Shown here in pieces: positions 27,801 to 39,800 of a stretch of 64,000 nucleotides of DNA; within the stretch, counting starts at the first letter, position 1; each line of letters begins with the position of its first letter. The translations under genes were made by a program, and so were the position numbers. The notes under the pieces were generated by a model. That model made no database searches, was not told the origin of the DNA, and was given only the letters and a program-made list of their open reading frames with translations. Source of the DNA: Nemertoderma westbladi. Its lineage: Eukaryota; Animalia; Xenacoelomorpha. Location: positions 40,614 to 104,613 of the forward strand of contig JAUCBJ010000579.1 of NCBI GenBank assembly GCA_032718475.1, in the 5' to 3' direction.

Positions 27801-30800
27801 TAGCTGGGAGTACGGCTACCGGTACGGTGCCTACAGCTAGCAGTACAACGGAGACCAACGGAAGGGAACAGGTCTGTAAACCACCCGATTATCGCCCCTA
27901 AACAAACCGTAGTGAGGGTAGCTGGGAGTACGGCTACCGGTACGGTGCCTACAGCTAGCAGTACAACGGAGACCAACGGAAGGGAACAGGTCTGTAAACC
28001 ACCCGATTATCGCCCCTAAACAAACCGTAGTGAGGGTAGCTGGGAGTACGGCTACCGGTACGGTGCCTACAGCTAGCAGTACAACGGAGACCAACGGAAG
28101 GGAACAGGTCTGTTGTCATGGTCCTTTGGTCGGAAGGTGCTGACTGCTGATACAATAGTTTTATTTCTAGTTACAGATGATTAATTACCAGCAAAATTTA
28201 ACTTAATTAATTAAAATTTAATTTTGACTGGTTTAATATGTTGATTAGAATTACATCTCACTCCAACATGCTCCTTTCTCCTAACGACTCCAAGTCATGA
28301 CCTAATGACTCAGGACCTAATGACTCAGGACCTAATGACTCAGGATCTAATGACTCAGGACCTAATGATACTCAGGACATAATGACTCAGTACCTAATGA
28401 CTCAGAACCTAATGACTCAGAACCTAATGACTCAGAACCTAATGACTCAATACCTAATGACTCAGGACCTAATGACTCAGGACCTAATGACTCAGGACCT
28501 AATGACTCAGAACCTAATGACTCAGGACCTAATGACTCGGTACCTGTCTCAGGACCTAATGACTCAGAACCTAATGACTCAGTACCTAATGACTCAGAAC
28601 CTAATGACTCAATACGTAATGACTCAGGACCTAATGACTCAGGACCTAATGACTCAGAACCTAGTGACTCAGGACTAATGACTCAGTACCTGACTCAGAC
28701 CTAATAATTGAGGGCCTAATGACTCGGATCTACTAATTCAGGGCCTAATTACTCAGTACCTGACTCAGGGCGTAATGACTCAGAAGCTAATTACTCAGTA
28801 CCTAATGACTCAGAACCTAATGACTCAGAACCTAATGATTCAGAACCTAGTGACTCAGAACCTAATGACTCAGTACCTAATGACTCAGAAGCTAATTACT
28901 CAGTACCTAATGACTCAGGAACCTAATGACTCAGAACCTACTCAGGACCTAATGACTCAGAACCTAATAACTCAGAACCTAATAACTCAGAACCTAATAA
29001 CTCAGGGCCTAATGACTCAGGACCTAAAGTCTGAGTACCTAATGACTCAGAACCTAATGACTCAGTACCCAATGACTCAGAACCTTGTGACTCAGTACCT
29101 AATGACTCAGGACCTTGTGACTCAGAACCTAATGACTCAGAACCTTATGACTCAGAACCTAATGACTCAGGACCTACTCAGAACCTAATAACTCAGGGCC
29201 TAATGACTCAGGATCTAAAGTCTGAGTACCTAATGACTCAGAACCTAATGACTCAGTACCCAATGACTCAGACCTTGTGACTCAGTACCTAATGACTCAG
29301 GACCTAGTGACTCAGAAAGTCAGAACCTAATGACTCAGAACCTAATGACTCAGAACATAATAAATTAGGACCTACTCAGGACCTAGTGACTCAGGGTTCA
29401 ATATAAGACTGAAGGCTAACTGCAGTACGACTGGTGAAATATCACTGGAGACACTTTTTTCAAACTCTTGTAGCTAAAGAATGAAAGCAAATATATGAAT
29501 TCTGACTCACCCAGCAAGGAGGTGGGAGGTGAAACTGTCGCTGTTTCAACATGTATGTATATCATTATTTTTGTATTTCGGTATGCTAGTTTTTTGTTTA
29601 TTTAGGGGTCGTCCTCACAAAAAGTGGCCACACTTTTATGTCAAAATGGCCATATGCATTCGCACGAATATATTTCCAAACGACACAGATTTAATTCCAT
29701 GACTCTATATACCAATCGGAAGAGCGGAAATCTGCTCATATTTCAGCAAATTTTCAACAGATTCCATTCACAACCTAAGAGAATGACACCATTTCATTGA
29801 AATGTCACATTGAATTATTTTTAAATATTTGGTTTCTGAGCTAAAGCAATGAAAGCAAAGGTTCCACATACCATACATCAAAATAAAGCAAATTTAATGC
29901 TCTTTCACATACTATTGGTGGTTTTCAACCGAAGCTACTCACATTTTATATATTTACTATTTACTAACAATTAGTTACGCCGTCACTAGGATTTTGTCCA
30001 CCATGTAACGCTCGTTTTTATGACATGGTTTTTTTATATTTATTCACAACATCTCCAAGTGAGATAGAATTATACGAATTCGTTCATTAGAACTCGAGTA
30101 TTGTGTGAAAACGTAAATCTACATAAAATACCGTCATTAGGAATGTCCTCAATGTAACGCTACTTTGAATAGCGATAACTTTTGCCTTAGTAATCATATC
30201 GTCTCCATTGAGGGCTCATATGAAAGTCAACGCCATGCTAATGAAAAATGTCTTCAAATCATGTAACGCATGTAACGCTGTCACAATCAATAGCGTTACA
30301 CTTGAGACATGTCCATCATGTAACGCAGTCGGGCCTGAAAATACCTAGCAGTACGAGTGGCGTTTCTTTTTACAAATTAGGCAGTCAGAGTTAAATTAAC
30401 AATAGTCGATGGTTTCGGTTTTTAGTGGTTGTAGTAGTAATATTATCTGTTGTAGTCTGTATTACTTATTACTACCTAAAGGGTTTAGGAAAAGCTCATG
30501 AGTTTGTTTACCTTTCTTTATTTCGGTTCTAAAACAGTACTTCTTAATCGTCATGCAATTACAATTGTCAAACGGAATTAAGCGTGTTGTGTCTGGTAAG
30601 AACTTCTTGATTGAAGTTAGTGATGGCGTTACACGTGAATGACTTAGAGATAAGTTAGTGATGGCGTTACATGTGAAGGTCTTAGAGATTAAGTTAGTGA
30701 TGGCGTTACACGTGAACGACTTAGAGATTAAGTTAGTGATGGCATTACACGTGAAAGACTTAGAGATTAAGTTAGTGATGGCGTTACACGTGAAAGACTT

Positions 30801-33800
30801 AGAGATTAAATTAGTGATGGCGTTACACGTGAAAGACTTAGAGATTAAGTTAGTGATGGCGTTACACGTGAAGGACTTAGAGATTAAGTTAGTGATGGCG
30901 TTGCACGTGAAAGACTTAGAGATTAAGTTAGTGATGGCGTTACACGTGAAAGACTTAGAGATTAAGTTAGTGATGGCGTTACACGTGAAAGACTTAGAGA
31001 TTAAGTTAGTGATGGCGTTACACGTGAAGGACTTAGAGATTAAGTTAGTGATGGCGTTGCACGTGAAGGACTTCGAGATTAAGTTAGTGATGGCGTTACA
31101 CGTGAAAGACTTAGAGATTAAGTTAGTGATGGCGTTACACGTGAAGGACTTAGAGATTAAGTTAGTGATGGCGTTACACGTGAAAGACTTAGAGATTAAG
31201 TTAGTGATGGCGTTACACGTGAAAGACTTAGAGATTAAGTTAGTGATGGCGTTACACGTGAAGGACTTAGAGATTAAGTTAGTGATGGCATTACCCGTGA
31301 AAGACTTAGAGATTAAGTTAGTGATGGCGTTACACGTGAAAGACTTAGAGATTAAGTTAGTGATGGCGTTACACGTGAAAGACTTAGAGATTAAGTTAGT
31401 GATGGCGTTACACGTGAAGGACTTAGAGATTAAGTTAGTGATGGCGTTGCGCGTGAATGACTTAGAGATTAAGTTAGTGATGGCGTTACACGTGAAAGAC
31501 TTAGAGATTAAGTTAGTGATGGCGTTACACGTGAAGGACTTAGAGATTAAGTTAGTGATGGCGTTGCACGTGAAGGACTTCGAGATTAAGCTAGTGATGG
31601 CGTTACACGTGAAAGACTTAGAGATTAAGTTAGTGATGGCGTTACACGTGAAGGACTTAGAGATTAAGTTAGTGATGGCGTTACACGTGAAAGACTTAGA
31701 GATTAAGTTAGTGATGGCGTTACACGTGAAGTACTTAGAGATTAAGTTAGTGATGGCATTACACGTGAAAGTGATGGCGTTGCACGTGATGGACTTAGAG
31801 ATAAGTTAGTGATGGCGTTACACGTGAACGACTTAGAGATTAAGTTAGTGATGGCGTTACACGTGAAGGACTTAGAGATTAAGTTGCTGATGGCGTTACA
31901 CGTGAAAGACTTAGAGATTAAGTTAGTGATGGCGTTGCACGTGAAGGACTTAGAGATAAGTTAGTGATGGCGTTACACGTGAATGACTTAGAGATTAAGT
32001 TAGTGATGGCGTTACACGTGAAGGACTTCGAGATTAAGTTAGTGATGGCGTTACACGTGAAGGACTTCGAGATTAAGTTAGTGATAGCGTTACACGTGAA
32101 GGACTTAGAGATAAGTTAGTGATGGCGTTACACGTGAAGGACTTCGAGATTAAGTTAGTGATGGCGTTACACGTGAAGGACCTAGATATTAATTTAGTGA
32201 TGGTGTTACACGTGAAGGACTTAGAGATTAAGTTAGTGATGGTGTTACACGTAAAGGACTTAGAGATTAAGTTAGTGATGGCGTTACACGTGAAGGACTT
32301 AGATATTAATTTAGTGATGGCGTTACACGTGATAGACTTAGATATTAAGTTAGTGATGGCGTTACACGTGAAGGACTTAGAGATTAAGCTAGTGATGGCG
32401 TTACACGTGAAGGACTTAGAGATTAAGTTAGTGATGGGATGGTGTTACACGTGAAGGACTTAGAGATTAAGCTAGTGATGGCGTTACACGTGAAGGACTT
32501 AGAGATTAAGTTAGTGATGGGATGGTGTTACACGTGAAGGACTTAGAGATTAAGTTAGAGATGGCGTTACACGTGAAGGACTTAGAGATTAAGTTAGTGA
32601 TGGCGTTACACGTGAAGGGTTTAGAGATTAAGTTAGTGATGGCGTTACACGTGAAGGACTTAGATATTAAGTTAGTGATAGCGTTACACGTGAAGGACTT
32701 CGAGATTAAGTTAGTGATGGCGTTACACGTGAAGGACTTCGAGATTAAGTTAGTGATGGCGTTACACGTGAAGGACTTAGATATTAAGTTAGTGATGGCG
32801 TTACACGTGAAGGACTTCGAGATTAAGTTAGTGATGGCGTTACACGTGAAGGACTTAGAGATAAGTTAGTGATGGCGTTACACGTGAAGGACTTCGAGAT
32901 TAAGTTAGTGATGGCGTTACACGTGAAAGACTTAGAGATTAAGTTAGTGATGGCGTTACACGTGAAAGACTTAGAGATTAAGTTAGTGATGGCGTTACAC
33001 GTGAAAGACTTAGAGATTAAGTTAGTGATGGCGTTACACGTGAAAGACTTAGAGATTAAGTTAGTGATGGCGTTACACGTGAAGGACTTAGAGATTAAGT
33101 TAGTGATGGCGTTACACGTGAAGGGTTTAGAGATTAAGTTAGTGATGGCGTTACACGTGAAGGACTTAGAGATTAAGTTAGAGATGGCGTTACACGTGAA
33201 GGACTTAGAGATTAAGTTAGTGATGGCGTTACACGTGAAGGGTTTAGAGATTAAGTTAGTGATGGCGTTACACGTGAAGGACTTAGATATTAAGTTAGTG
33301 ATAGCGTTACACGTGAAGGACTTCGAGATTAAGTTAGTGATGGCGTTACACGTGAAGGACTTCGAGATTAAGTTAGTGATGGCGTTACACGTGAAGGGTT
33401 TAGAGATTAAGTTAGTGATGGCGTTACACGTGAAGGACTTAGATATTAAGTTAGTGATAGCGTTACACGTGAAGGACTTCGAGATTAAGTTAGTGATGGC
33501 GTTACACTTGAAGGACTTCGAGATTAAGTTAGTGATGGCGTTACACGTGAAGGACTTAGATATTAAGTTAGTGATGGCGTTACACGTGAAGGACTTCGAG
33601 ATTAAGTTAGTGATGGCGTTACACGTGAAGGACTTAGAGATAAGTTAGTGATGGCGTTACACGTGAAGGACTTCGAGATTAAGTTAGTGATGGCGTTACA
33701 CGTGAAAGACTTAGAGATTAAGTTAGTGATGGCGTTACACGTGAAAGACTTAGAGATTAAGTTAGTGATGGCGTTACACGTGAAAGACTTAGAGATTAAG

Positions 33801-36800
33801 TTAGTGATGGCGTTACACGTGAAAGACTTAGAGATTAAGTTAGTGATGGCGTTACACGTGAAGGACTTAGAGATTAAGTTAGTGATGGCGTTACACGTGA
33901 AGGACTTCGAGATTAAGTTAGTGATGGCGTTACACGTGAAGGACTTAGAGATTAAGTTAGTGATGGCGTTGCACGTGAAGGACTTCGAGATTAAGTTAGT
34001 GATGGCATTACACGTGAAAGACTTAGAGATTAAGTTAGTGATGGCGTTACACGTGAAGGACTTAGAGATTAAGTTAGTGATGGCGTTACACGTGAAGGGT
34101 TTAGAGATTAAGTTAGTGATGGCGTTACACGTGAAGGACTTCGAGATTAAGTTAGTGATGGCGTTACACGTGAAGGACTTAGATATTAAGTTAGTGATGG
34201 CATTACACGTGAAAGACTTAGAGATTAAGTTAGTGATGGCGTTACACGTGAAGGACTTAGAGATTAAGTTAGTGATGGCGTTACACGTGAAGGACTTCGA
34301 GATTAAGTTAGTGATGGCGTTACACGTGAAGGACTTCGAGATTAAGTTAGTGATGGCGTTACACGTGAAGGACTTCGAGATTAAGTTAGTGATGGCGTTA
34401 CACGTGAAGGACTTCGAGATTAAGTTAGTGATGGCGTTACACTTGAAGGACTTCGAGATTAAGTTAGTGATGGCGTTACACGTGAAGGACTTCGAGATTA
34501 AGTTAGTGATGGCGTTACACGTGAAGGACTTCGAGATTAAGTTAGTGATGGCGTTACACGTGAAGGACTTCGAGATTAAGTTAGTGATGGCGTTACACGT
34601 GAAGGACTTCGAGATTAAGTTAGTGATGGCGTTACACGTGAAGGACTTCGAGATTAAGTTAGTGATGGCGTTACACGTGAAGGACTTCGAGATTAAGTTA
34701 GTGATGGCGTTACACGTGAAGGACTTCGAGATTAAGTTAGTGATGGCGTTACACGTGAAGGACTTCGAGATTAAGTTAGTGATGGCGTTACACGTGAAGG
34801 ACTTCGAGATTAAGTTAGTGATGGCGTTACACGTGAAGGACTTCGAGATTAAGTTAGTGATGGCGTTACACGTGAAGGACTTCGAGATTAAGTTAGTGAT
34901 GGCGTTACACGTGAAGGACTTAGAGATTAAGTTAGTGATGGCGTTACACGTGAAGGACTTCGAGATTAAGTTAGTGATGGCGTTACACGTGAAGGACTTA
35001 GAGATTAAGTTAGTGATGGCGTTACACGTGAAGGACTTCGAGATTAAGCTAGTGATGGCGTTACACGTGAAAGACTTAGAGATTAAGTTAGTGATGGCGT
35101 TACACGTGAAGGACTCCGAGATTAAGTTAGTGATGGCGTTGCACGTGAAGGACTTCGAGATTAAGTTAGTGATGGCGTTACACGTGAAGGACTCCGAGAT
35201 TAAGTTAGTGATGGCGTTGCACGTGAAGGACTTCGAGATTAAGTTAGTGATGGCGTTACACGTGAAGGACTTCGAGATTAAGTTAGTGATGGCGTTACAC
35301 GTGAAGGACTTAGAGATTAAGTTAGTGATGGCGTTACACGTGAAGGACTTCGAGATTAAGTTAGTGATGGCGTTACACGTGAAGGACTTAGAGATTAAGT
35401 TAGTGATGGCGTTACACGTGAAGGACTTCGAGATTAAGCTAGTGATGGCGTTACACGTGAAAGACTTAGAGATTAAGTTAGTGATGGCGTTACACGTGAA
35501 GGACTTCGAGATTAAGTTAGTGATGGCGTTACACGTGAAGGACTTAGAGATTAAGTTAGTGATGGCGTTACACGTGAAGGACTTAGAGATTAAGTTAGTG
35601 ATGGCGTTACACGTGAAGGACTTCGAGATTAAGTTAACACCAGACTGCCAGATGGTATGCTATCCATACTTTATAATAATTATACTATGATTACTTACTT
35701 CAGTTCACTTCATGTTAATTGACAATGATAGACATGGTTATCGAAATATATGTTGATATTAAGACATTTAATATTATTATTTTATACTATTATTGTACTC
35801 ACCAGCTATAGAGCTAATATTGGATGACACTATATTTCACCATTCTCAGCTCTCCTCCCAGTTTCATTGTAACACCGTTTATGTCTCATTCAGGAAGATT
35901 CCCAACTTGTATCTCCTCATGTATCTCCAGCCCCTATCGATTCAACCTCCTCACCAGTAGTGTCCACCCCCACCGCCAACCCAGCTGACCCTTCTCGTAA
36001 CTTTACTCTCATCCCCATCACCCCATCCACAGCCCAACCTATTCAGTTTCTAGCCTCCGGCACAAACCAAGTGAGTTGAACAAATTATTTAATAATCCAA
36101 AATGGAATTTCATAACGAGTTATTAGCGAAAAGTTAGATTGTCGAATTACCCTACTGTTTGTGTACCAGTATCCATTCAATCAATAGTAGTAACTTACTT
36201 GGGCCCTTATGAATACCAGCAGCTGGTGTTTCTATTGTTGAGTTGATGGCAATTTTCGTGTTATGGGGATATTTTTCGAAATAAATAAAAACACTTTAAT
36301 AATATTTTTCGAAACTGCTTTTTCCACATCCTGGGGTTGAGCTGCGTCGATTGATATAACTTTCATTGACGGACGAGCTATAGCTTCGGAGGAATTAACC
36401 CGATATACATACACACATACATACATACATACATACATAGTGAATACTAATTAAGTAATACTTACTAATAATTACTAATTAAGTATGTTAATTTCAAAGT
36501 TTAAAACTTAATATATTTTCTTTACAGACAAACAATGTAGATTCTGTAGCTGATACCGAGATTACAGATAGAGTTGGTTTACATAGCAACAGTGGAGCCA
36601 CGACGTCAAGGAAACCTTGTAACTGTACCAAGAGTCAGTGTCTCAAGTTGTAAGTATGTACCCAAGGAAACCTTGTAACTGTACCAAGAGTCAGTGTCTC
36701 AAGTTGTAAGTATGTACCCAAGGAAACCTTGTAACTGTACCAAGAGTCAGTGTCTCAAGTTGTAAGTATGTACCCAAGGAAACCTTGTAACTGTACCAAG

Positions 36801-39800
36801 AGTCAGTGTCTCAAGTTGTAAGTATGTACCCAAGGAAACCTTGTAACTGTACCAAGAGTCAGTGTCTCAAGTTGTAAGTATGTACGCAAGGAAACCTTGT
36901 AACTGTACCAAGAGTCAGTGTCTCAAGTTGTAAGTATGTAGCCAAGGAAACCTTGTAACTGTACCAAGAGTCAGTGTCTCAAGTTGTAAGTATGTACCCA
37001 AGGAAACCTTGTAACTGTACCAAGAGTCAGTGTCTCAAGTTGTAAGTATGTAGCCAAGGAAACCTTGTAACTGTACCAAGAGTCAGTGTCTCAAGTTGTA
37101 AGTATGTACCCAAGGAAACCTTGTAACTGTACCAAGAGTCAGTGTCTCAAGTTGTAAGTATGTACCCAAGGAAACCTTGTAACTGTACCAAGAGTCAGTG
37201 TCTCAAGTTGTAAGTATGTACCCAAGGAAACCTTGTAACTGTACCAAGAGTCAGTGTCTCAAGTTGTAAGTATGTAGCCAAGGAAACCTTGTAACTGTAC
37301 CAAGAGTCAGTGTCTCAAGTTGTAAGTATGTACCCAAGGAAACCTTGTAACTGTACCAAGAGTCAGTGTCTCAAGTTGTAAGTATGTACCCAAGGAAACC
37401 TTGTAACTGTACCAAGAGTCAGTGTCTCAAGTTGTAAGTATGTAGCCAAGGAAACCTTGTAACTGTACCAAGAGTCAGTGTCTCAAGTTGTAAGTATGTA
37501 CCCAAGGAAACCTTGTAACTGTACCAAGAGTCAGTGTCTCAAGTTGTAAGTATGTAGCCAAGGAAACCTTGTAACTGTACCAAGAGTCAGTGTCTCAAGT
37601 TGTAAGTATGTACCCAAGGAAACCTTGTAACTGTACCAAGAGTCAGTGTCTCAAGTTGTAAGTATGTACCCAAGGAAACCTTGTAACTGTACCAAGAGTC
37701 AGTGTCTCAAGTTGTAAGTATGTACCCTGAATCTGGTAGAAGTAATAGTTGTACCAGGATAATAATTTAATATTATTGGGATTTTAAACATCATTAATAT
37801 ATTTATAAAAACTGGTTGGGAACGTCATTGGCCAATCAGCTACATTCAGCGTTCACTAAACCACTATATGGTCAATGTTTTTGTTTTATTCATAAGGGGG
37901 CGTTCATAAAGTATGTCACGCACTAGGCGAGGAGGGGGGGTTAGAGCTTGCGTGACATTTTGTGACAGAGGGGGGGGGGGGGGGGGGGGGTCGACTTTTG
38001 TGACGGTCACGGCGATGTTCTACGCTTTAATGTTAGATTTATATTTATATTTTATAGTTTTATATTTTTTTTCTCATTAAATGAGAAAAAAATATCAGGG
38101 CGTACACAAACCAAATACTTAAAAAGAGCATCACAATGAAGTCGAGAGAACAACCAATTAGTATCCAATCTACATCATTTTAAGGAAACAATCCAGTACC
38201 CACACCCAATACAGTACTTTATTTCCCCAGTACCTGTACACCCAATACTGTACTTTATTTCCCCAGTACCCATACCCAATACAGTACTTTATTTCCCCAG
38301 TACCTGTACACCCAATACTGTACTTTATTTCCCCAGTACCCATACCCAATACAGTACTTTATTTCCCCAGTACCTTTACCCAATACACTACTTTATTTCC
38401 CCACTACCCATACCCAATATAGTACTTTATTTCCCCAGTACCCATACCCAATACAGTACTTTATTTCCCCAGTACCTGTACACCCAATACTGTACTTTAT
38501 TTCCCCAGTACCCATACCCAATACAGTACTTTATTTCCCCACTACCCATACCCAATACAGTACTTTATTTCCCCAGTACCTTTACCCAATACACTACTTT
38601 ATTTCCCCAGTACCTGTACACCCAATACTGTACTTTATTTCCCCAGTACCTGTACACCCAATACTGTACTTTATTTCCCCAGTACCCATACCCAATACAG
38701 TACTTTATTTCCCCAGTACCTGTACACCCAATACTGTACTTTATTTCCCCAGTACCTGTACACCCAATACTGTACTTTATTTCCCCAGTACCCATACCCA
38801 ATACAGTACTTTATTTCCCCAGTACCTGTACACCCAATACTGTACTTTATTTCCCCAGTACCCATACCCAATACAGTACTTTATTTCCCCAGTACCTTTA
38901 CCCAATACACTACTTTATTTCCCCACTACCCATACCCAATATAGTACTTTATTTCCCCAGTACCCATACCCAATACAGTACTTTATTTCCCCAGTACCCA
39001 TACCCAATACAGTACTTTATTTCCCCAGTACCTGTACACCCAATACTGTACTTTATTTCCCCAGTACCCATACCCAATACAGTACTTTATTTCCCCACTA
39101 CCCATACCCAATACAGTACTTTATTTCCCCAGTACCTTTACCCAATACACTACTTTATTTCCCCACTACCCATACCCAATATAGTACTTTATTTCCCCAG
39201 TACATGTATCCAATACAGTACTTTATTTCCCCAGTACCTGTACCACATACAGTAGATTCTTTCCCAGTACTTGTACCCAATACACTACTTTATTTCCCCA
39301 GTAGATTTATCCAATACATTACTTTATTTCCCCAGTACCCATACCCAATACAGTAGTTTCTTTCCCAGTACTTGTACCCAATACACTACTTTATTTCCCC
39401 AGTAGATTTATCCAATACATTACTTTATTTCCCCAGTACCCATACCCAATACAGTAGTTTCTTTCCCAGTACTTGTACCCAATACACTACTTTATTTCCC
39501 CAGTAGATTTATCCAATACATTACTTTATTTCCCCAGTATCTGTACACCCAATACTGTACTTTATTTCCCCAGTACCTGTACACCCAATACTGTACTTTA
39601 TTTCCCCAGTACCTGTACACCCAATACTGTACTTTATTTCCCCAGTACCTGTACACCCAATACAGTACTTTGTTTCCCCAGTACCTGTACACCCAATACT
39701 GTACTTTATTTCCCCAGTATCTGTACACCCAATACAGTACTTTATTTCCCCAGTACCTGTACACCCAATACTGTACTTTATTTCCTCAGTACCTGTACAC

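Noticed and set aside
28382-29188. Pentapeptide-like (MTQNL)n ORFs
   Set aside because: A degenerate 15-bp minisatellite with many indels that does not fit the pentapeptide-repeat protein consensus.
30658-35690. ([13 protein letters not shown])n repeat-protein ORFs
   Set aside because: This is a 39-bp satellite repeatedly broken by 38-bp units. There is no unique domain or splice context.
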